Assembly (NCBI GenBank): GCA_965602185.1
Contig: CBFCYP010000002.1
Coordinates: 1-54,233 of the forward strand
DNA length: 54,233 bases
Direction: 5' to 3'
Origin: an uncultured bacterium
GTDB lineage: Bacteria > Zixibacteria > MSB-5A5 > UBA10806
In this document: piece after piece, positions 26,982-36,402 of the stretch
Layout of the letters: each line of letters begins with the position of its first letter
Position numbering within the stretch: position 1 is the first letter of the stretch
Notes under the pieces: model-generated
Told to the model about the DNA's origin: nothing
Seen by the model: only the letters and a program-made list of their open reading frames with translations
Database searches by the model: none
Made by a program: the position numbers and the translations under genes

Positions 26982-28196
26982 ATGTCTGGATTTTCAACAA
27001 TGGAAGAGGCGATTGAAGCCATAAAAAACGGCGAGATTATTATCGTTGTAGACGATGAAGATCGCGAGAATGAAGGAGACCTTATTCTGGCCGCGCAATT
27101 CATCACCCCGGAAAAAGTCAATTTTTTAACCAAGCACGGTCGAGGCCTGATCTGCGTTCCCATGCCGGAGGAGAGGATAGAGGCGCTGGAATTGACTCCC
27201 ATGGTACAGCGCAATACGGCGCTCCACGGGACCAAGTTCACCATCTCCGTCGATGCCCTGAAAAACACGACCACCGGTATCTCAACCCAGGATCGGGCAA
27301 CAACCATCTCCGTCCTGGCCGATGAATATGCCAAACCGGAAGATCTGGGCCGTCCGGGACATATATTTCCGATTCAGGCCATGCCGGGCGGCGTGCTGTC
27401 GAGGGCCGGTCATACCGAAGCCACGGTCGATCTGTGCCGTCTCGCCGGTTTGAAACCTTACGGAGTATTGTGCGAAATCCTGGATGATAACGGTCAGATG
27501 GCCCGTTTTCCCCAGCTTGCCGAAATGGCCGAGAAATTCGATCTTAAATTCATTACCGTGGCGGCCCTGATCGAATACCGTCGGCGTACGGAAAAACTGG
27601 TGGAACGAATTACGACCGTCGATTTTCCTACCAAGCACGGAAATTTCAAGCTGCATCTTTATAAAAGCTCCATCGACGATCATCATCATCTCGCCATTGA
27701 AAAGGGTGAGGTCGCCGGCAAAAAGGACGTATTGACGCGGGTCCATTCATCGTGTCTTACGGGCGACGTACTCGGTTCCAGCAGATGCGACTGCGGCGAA
27801 CAGCTTGCCGAGGCCATGCGTATGATCGAGAAGGAAGGTTTCGGCGTGGTACTGTATATGCGTCAGGAGGGAAGGGGGATCGGCCTGGCGAATAAAATAC
27901 TCGCGTACGAGCTTCAGGACAAAGGGAGAGACACTGTCGAGGCCAACAACGAGCTTGGCTTCCCTGCCGATCTTCGAGATTACGGTATCGGCGCGCAGAT
28001 CCTGTCGGACATGGATTTAACCAGCATCCGGCTCATAACCAACAATCCCAAAAAGATTGTCGGTATCGAAGGGTATAACCTCAAGGTTACCGGGCGAGTC
28101 CCTCTGCAGATTCCGCCAAACAAGCATAACGTTCGGTATCTGGAAACTAAAAGGGATAAACTCGGTCACCTCATGGAAATCATAAAAGATGAATAA
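26982..28196 (+). CDS. ribBA: Bifunctional 3,4-dihydroxy-2-butanone-4-phosphate synthase / GTP cyclohydrolase II
   Basis: DDEDRENEGDL (DHBP synthase), and RVHSSCLTGDVLGSSRCDCGEQL and LYMRQEGRGIGL (GTP cyclohydrolase II). Confidence 0.96.
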   Translation: MSGFSTMEEAIEAIKNGEIIIVVDDEDRENEGDLILAAQFITPEKVNFLTKHGRGLICVPMPEERIEALELTPMVQRNTALHGTKFTISVDALKNTTTGISTQDRATTISVLADEYAKPEDLGRPGHIFPIQAMPGGVLSRAGHTEATVDLCRLAGLKPYGVLCEILDDNGQMARFPQLAEMAEKFDLKFITVAALIEYRRRTEKLVERITTVDFPTKHGNFKLHLYKSSIDDHHHLAIEKGEVAGKKDVLTRVHSSCLTGDVLGSSRCDCGEQLAEAMRMIEKEGFGVVLYMRQEGRGIGLANKILAYELQDKGRDTVEANNELGFPADLRDYGIGAQILSDMDLTSIRLITNNPKKIVGIEGYNLKVTGRVPLQIPPNKHNVRYLETKRDKLGHLMEIIKDE

Positions 28197-28219
28197 ATGT
28201 CGAAATAAAGGAGTAAGAA

Positions 28220-28684
28220 ATGGTTAAGGAGATTGGCGGAGAGCTAAACGCCTCCGCGAAAAAATTCGCGATAGTCGTTTCACGATTTAACGATTTTCTC
28301 ACGGGAAAATTAAAGGACGGCGCCATAGATTGCCTCGTAAGACATGGAGCCAAAGACAATGATATTTCCGTGGTCTGGGTGCCCGGATCGTTCGATATCC
28401 CGCCGGTGGCCTCGCGACTGGCCGACAGCGCTGATTATGACGCCGTCGTTTGCCTGGGCGCCGTGATAAGAGGCCAGACGCCGCATTTTGATTACATAGC
28501 GTCCGAGGTGGCCAAGGGAGTTGCCAGGATCGCGATGGATAAGAGCAAACCGGTTATTTTTGGGGTGGTAACCGCCGATACCCTGGAACAGGCGATAGAG
28601 CGAACCGGAACCAAGCAGGGGAATAAGGGCTTCCAGGCGGCGATGTCCGCCATTGAATTGGTAAACCTGTATTCAAAAGTCTAA
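28220..28684 (+). CDS. ribH: 6,7-dimethyl-8-ribityllumazine synthase
   Basis: FAIVVSRFN ... [10 protein letters not shown] ... [14 protein letters not shown] motifs. Confidence 0.96.
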   Translation: MVKEIGGELNASAKKFAIVVSRFNDFLTGKLKDGAIDCLVRHGAKDNDISVVWVPGSFDIPPVASRLADSADYDAVVCLGAVIRGQTPHFDYIASEVAKGVARIAMDKSKPVIFGVVTADTLEQAIERTGTKQGNKGFQAAMSAIELVNLYSKV

Positions 28685-29091
28685 TGGGTGCCAGGCGAAA
28701 AGCGCGCGAAGCCGTTCTCGAGACGTTGTATTGTTATGAGATTCGCGACGACGATCAAAATCTCGCGGAAATCTTCAATTACTGCGCCGAGGGACACAAA
28801 CTGGAAAAAAACAGTTCGGAATTCGGTCTGAATTTGCTGAAAAAAATCATCGAAAAAATCGAGGAACTCGATAAGGCCATCGCCAAACATACCGAAAATT
28901 GGGATTTTTCCCGGCTGGCCATAATAGACAAAAATATTCTGAGGTTGGGACTTGCCGAGATATATTATTTCCCGGATATTCCCAAAAAAGTCGCCATCGA
29001 TGAAGCCATTGAGCTGGCAAAAACATATGGTTCCGCCGATTCCGGGAGGTTCGTGAACGGCATACTGGACTCTCTGGGTAAGGATTTATAG
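28684..29091 (+). CDS. nusB: Transcription antitermination factor NusB
   Basis: RRKAREAVLETLY ... LAIIDKNILRLGLAEIYYFPDIP ... AIELAKTYG ... FVNGILD. The ribH-nusB adjacency is classical. Confidence 0.9.
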   Translation: MGARRKAREAVLETLYCYEIRDDDQNLAEIFNYCAEGHKLEKNSSEFGLNLLKKIIEKIEELDKAIAKHTENWDFSRLAIIDKNILRLGLAEIYYFPDIPKKVAIDEAIELAKTYGSADSGRFVNGILDSLGKDL

Positions 29092-29219
29092 TCCGATTAT
29101 ATTTGACTTGCGTATAATAGATTGTAAATTAATAATAGCGCCTATGGAGGTGCTTTTTAAAATATTTCTAAATGGAAAATGACGGGCGATGCGGGCGGAT
29201 AACGATTAATTAATTCTAT

Positions 29220-31829
29220 ATGGAACCTGGAAAAGACAGATTTTATCTGGTAATAGCACTGCTGGCCGCAGCCTTCAGCTTTATTATTTACTATATTACC
29301 AAAGCTCCCACAACCTCCTTCTGGGATTGCGGGGAATTTATAGCGTCTTCATATATAATGGGCGTGCCCCACCCTCCGGGCTACCCGATGTATATTATAA
29401 TCGGCAGGTTTTTCACATTGCTGCCGTTATCTTCCGAAATCGCCGTTCGCGTCAATATGATTTCGGTTCTGGGGGCGGCGGCCTCGGTTTTTGCCGCATA
29501 TTGGCTGATTATTTATGTTGTCAAGGCGGGAGATTCGGATAATGCCAGCCGGTTTTCTCGAATCGGTACCGGAATCGGAGCGTTTTGCGGCGCGCTAATA
29601 ATGGGATTCTCTTATACCTTCTGGGCCAGCGCGGTGGAGGCGGAGGTTTACGCCCTCTCAATGCTGCTTATGCTTTTAATCAGCCTGTTCTCCGTGATCT
29701 GGGCCAGGAATATCGATAAGCCCGGAAACGACCGATACCTGGTTATCATCTCATTTCTTTTATGGCTTTCGCTCGGAATTCATATGACGACGTTTATCAT
29801 ACTGATTCCGATCCTGGGCTACCTGGCGTACTTCGATTATAGAAAAAGCTCTTTTTCTCGCTGGCCGGTATGGTGCGCGATGGCGCTTTTCATTCTTTAT
29901 GCCGTGCCCGTCCAAATACTGGTTCTGAAAATTGTCGGCGTCGACATATCCAATTATGAGCTTGAATCCTTTATCGTTATTTTTTCCGCGGCTTTGATCG
30001 CCGTTATTATTAAAGCTTTGCAATCCAAAATTAAAAGATCGAGTGCCGCGGGTATATGGCTGACCACCCTGCTTATAATGATCTCCGCAATTACAGGTTT
30101 ATCGGCTCAATTATACATACCGGTCCGGGCGGCGCAAAATCCCGCCATCAATGAAAACGATCCTTCGAACTGGACGAGGTTTAAAGGATTTCTGGAGAGA
30201 AAACAATACCAGAGGGAATCGATGGTGGAGAGGATGTTTAACCGGAGGGGTAGCTGGGAAAAACAATTTCTGAGTCATCCTCGATTCGGACTCATTCATT
30301 ATCTCGAAAGACAATACTCCTCTCCTGATATGAAAGTCTCCTTAATTAAAGGTGACGGGGAGGAAGGAGCCGGCGCTTTCGATATCAAGCTATCTATGTT
30401 GTACATTATCATAATCGGACTCTGGGGATTATATGAAACAGTCAGGCGTTCACCGCCCGAGGGGATATTCCTGCTTATTACTATCCTATTATGCACGGTC
30501 GGCCTGGTGGTGTATATGAATTTTTCGGACGGAACCTACAATCCCGATATCGCCCCTATCCCCGAGGTTCGGGATCGGGATTATTTTTACACTCCGGGAT
30601 TTATGTATTTCGGAATAATAATCGGTATGGGGATGACATTTGTTTTGAGCCGACTCGGCAAAATCGCCGATTCCGGGCATGCTAAAGCCAGACTTTATAA
30701 AGCCGCGTTTGTCATTTGCGCCGCGGGCGCGATCTCTCTTGCCGCCAATACGGTCTACGCCAATTATCACCACAACGATCGCAGCGGAAATTACCTTCCC
30801 GTCGATTACGCCAAAAATATACTCAGTTCATGTGAGAAAAATGGTATAATCTTCACTAACGGCGATAATGATACCTTTCCGTTATGGTATATCCAGGAGG
30901 TCGAAGAATTCAGGACCGATGTCAGGGTGGTAAATTTGAGCTTGTTGAACGCCGCCTGGTATATTCGCCAGCTTAAGGATCAGATGAATGTGCCGATTAC
31001 TCTGACCGATAAAGAAATCGACGAACTGAGGATTGTGAGGCTGGCCAGATATAATAAAATTCTCCGTATTCAGGATATAATGATTCAACATATAGTAACC
31101 AATATACAGAGAAGGGCCTGGGATATACCGGTATATTTTGCCCTAACGGTTCCCGATGAAAATCGCATGGGTCTTGACGATAATCTTATTATGGAGGGTA
31201 TGGCTTACAGGATAGCGGAAAGCAAAGGCGACAATAGGGTTAATACCGAAACGGGCTGGAATATTTTCGGTAATCCGGATAATTTCCGGGGCGTCGCCGA
31301 TCCCGCCATTAAAAAAGATGATAACGATCGGAAGCTGGTTTCCAACTATATGGTTTCGATGTTTAGAATTTCGTCGGCTTTCGCCGATCAGGGTAAAATA
31401 GACTCCGCGATTTATATGGCAAAAAAAGCCATTGAGATTCAGGGGGAGAATCCCATGTGGCAATCCAAGGCATACCTGGCAAGAATCTATTTTAAAACCG
31501 GAGATGTAGATAAAATCTTCGGGTTGGCGCGGGGTGAAGATGAGGGCGAGAATATCATTCTCGCCGCCGCCCAGGACGCAATTGACGCCAAGGATTATGA
31601 TACGGCTATCAGCCTCCTGGAGGAATCTCTGAGGATGTTTCCGTCGTCATTTCCGGCCGTGAACAACCTCGTGGTGCTTTATAGAAAGACGGGCGAAGAA
31701 TCAAAAATCGATTCGGTGCTGAATAAATTCATGGAATTCAACAGGGAGGACGAGAGATTAAAAAAATCGGCGGGCGAGTTGATTGACAGGTTACGATATA
31801 TCCCGAAACAATCGGATGGTGCGAAATGA
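29220..31829 (+). CDS. DUF2723 (TMEM260-like, GT-C fold) polytopic membrane glycosyltransferase candidate with a C-terminal TPR region
   Basis: N-terminal motif TTSFWDCGEFIASSYIMGVPHPPGYPMY is typical of DUF2723. About 12 TM helices. TPR-like tail (AIYMAKKAIEIQGENP ... DYDTAISLLEESLRMFPSS). Confidence 0.75.
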   Translation: MEPGKDRFYLVIALLAAAFSFIIYYITKAPTTSFWDCGEFIASSYIMGVPHPPGYPMYIIIGRFFTLLPLSSEIAVRVNMISVLGAAASVFAAYWLIIYVVKAGDSDNASRFSRIGTGIGAFCGALIMGFSYTFWASAVEAEVYALSMLLMLLISLFSVIWARNIDKPGNDRYLVIISFLLWLSLGIHMTTFIILIPILGYLAYFDYRKSSFSRWPVWCAMALFILYAVPVQILVLKIVGVDISNYELESFIVIFSAALIAVIIKALQSKIKRSSAAGIWLTTLLIMISAITGLSAQLYIPVRAAQNPAINENDPSNWTRFKGFLERKQYQRESMVERMFNRRGSWEKQFLSHPRFGLIHYLERQYSSPDMKVSLIKGDGEEGAGAFDIKLSMLYIIIIGLWGLYETVRRSPPEGIFLLITILLCTVGLVVYMNFSDGTYNPDIAPIPEVRDRDYFYTPGFMYFGIIIGMGMTFVLSRLGKIADSGHAKARLYKAAFVICAAGAISLAANTVYANYHHNDRSGNYLPVDYAKNILSSCEKNGIIFTNGDNDTFPLWYIQEVEEFRTDVRVVNLSLLNAAWYIRQLKDQMNVPITLTDKEIDELRIVRLARYNKILRIQDIMIQHIVTNIQRRAWDIPVYFALTVPDENRMGLDDNLIMEGMAYRIAESKGDNRVNTETGWNIFGNPDNFRGVADPAIKKDDNDRKLVSNYMVSMFRISSAFADQGKIDSAIYMAKKAIEIQGENPMWQSKAYLARIYFKTGDVDKIFGLARGEDEGENIILAAAQDAIDAKDYDTAISLLEESLRMFPSSFPAVNNLVVLYRKTGEESKIDSVLNKFMEFNREDERLKKSAGELIDRLRYIPKQSDGAK

Positions 31830-32938
31830 GAATACTGGCGTTAAACTGGCAGGATTTAAAGAACCCGCAGGCCGGTGGCGCGGAGGTTCATCTTCAGGAA
31901 ATTTTAAAAAGACTCGTGTCCTATGATCACCAGGTCGACTTGTTGTGCAGCAATTATCCAGATGGCAAAAAAACGGAATTCTATGATGGTATTAAGGTCT
32001 ATCGTCACGGCTCGCGCTACAATTTCAACCTGGTGGCGCCGTTCGCTATGAGAAAGCTGATCAGATCGAATAATTATAATGTGGTGATCGAGGATATTAA
32101 TAAAATTCCCTTTTATTCTCCTCTCTACCAGAAATTGCCGACCCTGGTAGTCATACCGCATCTGTTTGCCGATACCGTGTTCCAGGAGATAAATTTCGTA
32201 CTCGGTTCCTATATCTATCTCGCGGAGAAGCCGGTATCCAGAGTATACAGTAAAAACCAATATATGGTTATATCCGGATCGACGGCGAAAGAGGTGGAGA
32301 AGAAGGGAATTCCCCGAGAAAATATCCATGTCGTCGAATGCGGGATAGATAAAAAAGTATACAGGTTTGACCCGGAGATCGCGAAATTTGAAATTCCCAC
32401 TATTTTATATGTTGGCCGAATCAAGAAATATAAATCTATCGATACCATTTTAAAAGCGATGCCGAAAATCAGGGAACCTGTGCCTGACGCGCGGTTGATA
32501 ATAGTCGGTTCCGGCGATTACCAGCAGAATCTGAAAAATCTGGCATCGTCCTTGAATCTCGAGAACGCGGTTTCTTTTAAGGGATTCGTGCCGGAGGCGG
32601 AAAAGGTCATGTATTTAAGGCGGTCGCATATATCTATATACCCGTCCTTGAAAGAGGGCTGGGGATTGACCAATATCGAGGCTAACGCCTGCGGTACCAC
32701 GGTCCTGGCCTCAAGGGTGCCGGGGCTTATTGATTCGGTTGACGAGGGCGTTTCCGGTTTGCTGTTCGAGCATGGAAATATCGATCAATTTTCCGAGTTG
32801 ACTGTCGGGCTGCTTAAAGACCATGACCACAGGAAATCGCTAGAAATGGGAGGGCTTCGATGGGCCGCCAATTTCTCCTGGGATAAAACAGCAAAGGCGA
32901 CGGAAGAGATTCTCAAAAAGGTAGTATCGGCGTTGTGA
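31826..32938 (+). CDS. GT4-family (GT-B fold) glycosyltransferase
   Basis: PSLKEGWGLTNIEANACGTTVLASRVPGLIDSVDEGVSG is the E-x7-E region. ATGA overlap with the upstream gene. Confidence 0.85.
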   Translation: MRILALNWQDLKNPQAGGAEVHLQEILKRLVSYDHQVDLLCSNYPDGKKTEFYDGIKVYRHGSRYNFNLVAPFAMRKLIRSNNYNVVIEDINKIPFYSPLYQKLPTLVVIPHLFADTVFQEINFVLGSYIYLAEKPVSRVYSKNQYMVISGSTAKEVEKKGIPRENIHVVECGIDKKVYRFDPEIAKFEIPTILYVGRIKKYKSIDTILKAMPKIREPVPDARLIIVGSGDYQQNLKNLASSLNLENAVSFKGFVPEAEKVMYLRRSHISIYPSLKEGWGLTNIEANACGTTVLASRVPGLIDSVDEGVSGLLFEHGNIDQFSELTVGLLKDHDHRKSLEMGGLRWAANFSWDKTAKATEEILKKVVSAL

Positions 32939-34032
32939 AAAAATGGTTCAATGTCGCGATAGGGATTGCCGTAAGTGCTTTTTTTATCTATTTATCATTC
33001 AGGCGGGTTCATCCTGCTGAAATTTTATATTCTTTAAAAAAGGCCAATTATATATGGATTTTTCCCAATATGGCCATCGTCATTTTAACCATGATTATAA
33101 GATCGGTCAGATGGCGGTATCTTTTGAAAAATATCAGGCAGTTTAGAATTAAGCGATTATTTCCCTCGGTAATGATCGGTTTCATGGCGAATAACGTATT
33201 GCCGGCGCGGCTCGGTGAATTTATTCGGGCGTATTCTCTGGGCGTTAAAAGCGGCGAATCACGATCGTCGATTTTCGCCACGGTCGTAATCGAGCGGATA
33301 TTCGACAGCCTCGCGCTTCTCGCCATATTCTGGTTGATCATAATGTTTGTCCCTTTCCCTCCCGCGGTAAAAAAATTCGGTATTATCACGCTCGCATTCA
33401 ATATTGTTCTAATACTCTTCCTGGTATTTCTTAAACAGAAAGGCAAAAAATTCATTGGCGGGCTTATGAGTTTTCTTTCTTTTTTGCCCGCAAAGCTTTC
33501 AGAAAGGATAAGTCATATCCTCACCAATTTCTCCGGGGGTTTGAGCATATTTAATAGATCTGAAATACTTGGAATCGTCACCCTCTGGTCCGTAATCCTC
33601 TGGATAATAACCGCGCTTTCAAATTATTTTATTTTTATGGCTTTCGGGATGTACCCCAACATTGTGGCGTCTTTTATTCTGTTGTTGTTTGTAGCCGCGG
33701 GCGTTATGTTGCCGTCGGCCCCCGGATTTGTGGGCGTTTTTCAGGCGGCCGTGGTGGGGGCGTTTATCGTAATGAATCAACTGGGAATAATGGGATACTA
33801 CTTGAGCCCTTCGAGAATTGAAATGACATCTATCTCCATCCCGGCTTTTTTCGATATGCCGGGTATGGGTATCGGTCAATATATTGATTCTCTCGGGCTA
33901 TCGGGTATCTCCAAAGGGGAAGCGTTATCGTTTTCCATTGTATTATGGCTGTCCCAGTACCTGCCGGTTACCCTGCTGGGTCTGTATTATCTGAAAAAAG
34001 AACATCTATCGCTGAAAAAAATGGAAATTTAA
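32935..34032 (+). CDS. UPF0104 / LPG_synthase_TM-type (flippase-like) integral membrane protein
   Basis: Polytopic. Motif RSVRWRYLLKNI ... IGFMANNVLPARLGEFIRA is typical of the family. GTGA overlap with the GT4 gene. Confidence 0.7.
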   Translation: MKKWFNVAIGIAVSAFFIYLSFRRVHPAEILYSLKKANYIWIFPNMAIVILTMIIRSVRWRYLLKNIRQFRIKRLFPSVMIGFMANNVLPARLGEFIRAYSLGVKSGESRSSIFATVVIERIFDSLALLAIFWLIIMFVPFPPAVKKFGIITLAFNIVLILFLVFLKQKGKKFIGGLMSFLSFLPAKLSERISHILTNFSGGLSIFNRSEILGIVTLWSVILWIITALSNYFIFMAFGMYPNIVASFILLLFVAAGVMLPSAPGFVGVFQAAVVGAFIVMNQLGIMGYYLSPSRIEMTSISIPAFFDMPGMGIGQYIDSLGLSGISKGEALSFSIVLWLSQYLPVTLLGLYYLKKEHLSLKKMEI

Positions 34033-34145
34033 AGGTATTATAGCTTGTGAAAATCGGGGCGATATAGTTATTATGGAACAGATTTACGGCGACGCGATTT
34101 TAAAATAGAGGAATTTTAGAGAATTAGTTTTCAGGAAGATTTTTA

Positions 34146-35390
34146 ATGGAAGATGAAGAAAAACTATACGGCCGAAGAAGAGTAAAAAAAACAAAGCCTT
34201 TTCTGGGTGGAACTCCTTCAGCGACAAGCAATTCGGACGAAAAACCCGACAAAAGCGGGGCCGCGGAAGCTGCGGGAACTGAAGAAAAACCGTCTAAGAG
34301 TGACAAGCGGAGCGCCGTTCCGGGCGGCCATAAACCCGAACATGTCAGAGCGTCTGCAGACAGGGATCATAGAACCGAGAGGAAACCGGCGAGAAGAACC
34401 GACCGCAAACCAAAAGATCAATACGATAAAAAAAGAGATAAGTCTTACGCCAAAAGCGGAAAACCCCCCGCCAGAACCGCGGATAGACCCCGAGTTAAAG
34501 TCAGCGTGATCATACCGGCTTATAACGAAGAGGAGAACATCAGGCCCCTGTTCGAGATGTTTGATGACGCTATCAAAAAAGAGGGTAAAGACTGGGAGGT
34601 AGTGCTGGTTAACGACGGTTCCACCGACAAGACCCTGGTTCGCTGTAAGGAAATGGCAGCAAAATACCGCTGGTTGCGGGTTGTGGGTTATCCGAATAAC
34701 AGGGGATTGACCGCGGCGTTAAATACCGGGTTCGAGGCCTCCAGGGGATCTATCCTGGTATTTTATCCCGCCGATCTTCAATACCATGCCCAGGACATAC
34801 CCAAAATGCTGGCCAAAATCCATATGGGGGCCGATCTGGTGGCGGGATGGAAACAGGGGAAATACAATAAAAGATTCGTCTCCTATTTCTATAACAAACT
34901 ATGCGGATTTCTGTTTGGATTGAAAATCCACGATCTGAACTCCGTAAAGGCATTCAAAAGAGAGGTCGCCAATACTCTGTCCCTTAGAAAAGACTGGCAC
35001 AGATATATGGTGGTCACGGCTGCCGAAAGCGGATTTGTAATAGACGAAGTAAAAGTCAAGCTATATCCTCGAAAACACGGCAAGAGTAAATTCGGAATCG
35101 GGCGAATACTGGGAGGAGTTCTGGATCTCTTCTCGGTAAAATTCCAGATAACGTTTCTAAAAAAACCGCTCAGATTTTTCGGCACCTGGGGAATTATTAC
35201 GGGCGGCGCGGGCTTCATTCTGGGCTTGGTAGCTCTGTATCTTCGGTTTTTCACGACATATGGTTCCAGAACACTGCTTTATCCCACCATACTATTAATA
35301 CTGGCCGGGTTAATGTTGTTTATGATCGGCTTTCTGGCGGAAGTCCTGGTGGGTTTAAAAGAAGAGATAGAATCGCTAAAATCGAAATAG
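34146..35390 (+). CDS. GT2 glycosyltransferase of the polyprenyl-phosphate hexose synthase type (DPM1/GtrB/ArnC-like), with a ~117-aa basic low-complexity N-terminal extension
   Basis: VSVIIPAYNEEENI ... VLVNDGSTDKT ... DLQYH motifs and two C-terminal TM helices. The extension (nt 34146-34496) lies in strongly T-depleted DNA, so its translation is not certain. Confidence 0.8.
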   Translation: MEDEEKLYGRRRVKKTKPFLGGTPSATSNSDEKPDKSGAAEAAGTEEKPSKSDKRSAVPGGHKPEHVRASADRDHRTERKPARRTDRKPKDQYDKKRDKSYAKSGKPPARTADRPRVKVSVIIPAYNEEENIRPLFEMFDDAIKKEGKDWEVVLVNDGSTDKTLVRCKEMAAKYRWLRVVGYPNNRGLTAALNTGFEASRGSILVFYPADLQYHAQDIPKMLAKIHMGADLVAGWKQGKYNKRFVSYFYNKLCGFLFGLKIHDLNSVKAFKREVANTLSLRKDWHRYMVVTAAESGFVIDEVKVKLYPRKHGKSKFGIGRILGGVLDLFSVKFQITFLKKPLRFFGTWGIITGGAGFILGLVALYLRFFTTYGSRTLLYPTILLILAGLMLFMIGFLAEVLVGLKEEIESLKSK

Positions 35391-35538
35391 CACTTAACAT
35401 ATTCGTGAAAAATCCGATTCTCTTTCAATTTGTTCCGTATGAGCATTTAAGCGGTTGACCGGGTTAATATTATGGTAGTATTATATACCTGATGCTTTAT
35501 AGAGATTCGGGTTGCTTTAATAGATATAATTGAACCGG

Positions 35539-36402
35539 ATGGATTATCTCGACGGAATATCCTGTATTATTGTCGGCTACAGGTCGCTGGATTATCTAAA
35601 GGAATGTATAGAATCAATCCGGCGGCAGAAGGGGGTCGCGTTCGAAATCGTGGTCGTCGATAATGATTCGCGCGACGGAACCGCTCATTATCTCAATAAG
35701 CTCGATACTAAAAATATATTGCTCGATGAAAATCGAGGATTCGGCGCGGCCGTCAATCTCGGCGCCAAAAAGGCGGAGTATAAATACCTGTTTATCTTGA
35801 ATCCCGATACGACAGTACCGCCGGATTCGTTGAGAAAGCTGTTTCAATTCGCGGAGTTAAGAGGGGATTTCGGCCTTATTGCGCCGGCATTGGAATATCC
35901 TGACGGCAGACCCCAGATTTCCGCCAGGAAACTGCCGAGACGCAGGGATTTTCTCCTGAGCCGGGGATCGCCTTTGTACAGGCTTGGCATAACCGGGGAG
36001 AAGGAAGCCGGGTATATCGTGCCGGATGCCGGAGATTCAATCGAAATACCGGCCGTCTCGGCTACCGCCATTTTGATAAAAACAGAGCTTTTTAACGAAA
36101 TGGGCGGTTTTGACGAGAGGTTCTTTATGTATATGGAGGACATCGACTTATGCCGCAGGATCAGGGAAAGGGGGTTGCCCGTTATATTTGTGTCGGAGGT
36201 TAAGATTAGGCATTCCTGGCGAAAATCGTCATCGAAAAAGCCCTTTTTCACCGTCTATCATCACCATTTATCAGTGTTGAAATATTTCGATAAATATGAT
36301 AAGAATCGGATTGTAAAGAATCTTGTTATGGCAATTGTTGTGGCCGCGGGATTTATGTTAAGCATCGCGGTCATTCTCGCCAGAAAGGTCTTCTCTCGAT
36401 GA
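35539..36402 (+). CDS. GT2-family glycosyltransferase (soluble domain plus a C-terminal TM helix)
   Basis: SCIIVGYRSLDYLKECIESI ... VVVDNDSRDGT ... LNPDT ... YMEDIDLCRR motifs. The ORF track starts at TTG 35530; ATG 35539 is preferred. Confidence 0.8.
   Translation: MDYLDGISCIIVGYRSLDYLKECIESIRRQKGVAFEIVVVDNDSRDGTAHYLNKLDTKNILLDENRGFGAAVNLGAKKAEYKYLFILNPDTTVPPDSLRKLFQFAELRGDFGLIAPALEYPDGRPQISARKLPRRRDFLLSRGSPLYRLGITGEKEAGYIVPDAGDSIEIPAVSATAILIKTELFNEMGGFDERFFMYMEDIDLCRRIRERGLPVIFVSEVKIRHSWRKSSSKKPFFTVYHHHLSVLKYFDKYDKNRIVKNLVMAIVVAAGFMLSIAVILARKVFSR

Noticed and set aside
34207-34509. 100-aa alternative-frame ORF, and two minus-strand ORFs (34124-34306, 34218-34421), in front of the GT2 core
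   Set aside because: These are open only because the tract is T-depleted, so stop codons are rare on both strands. They have no start context or motifs.
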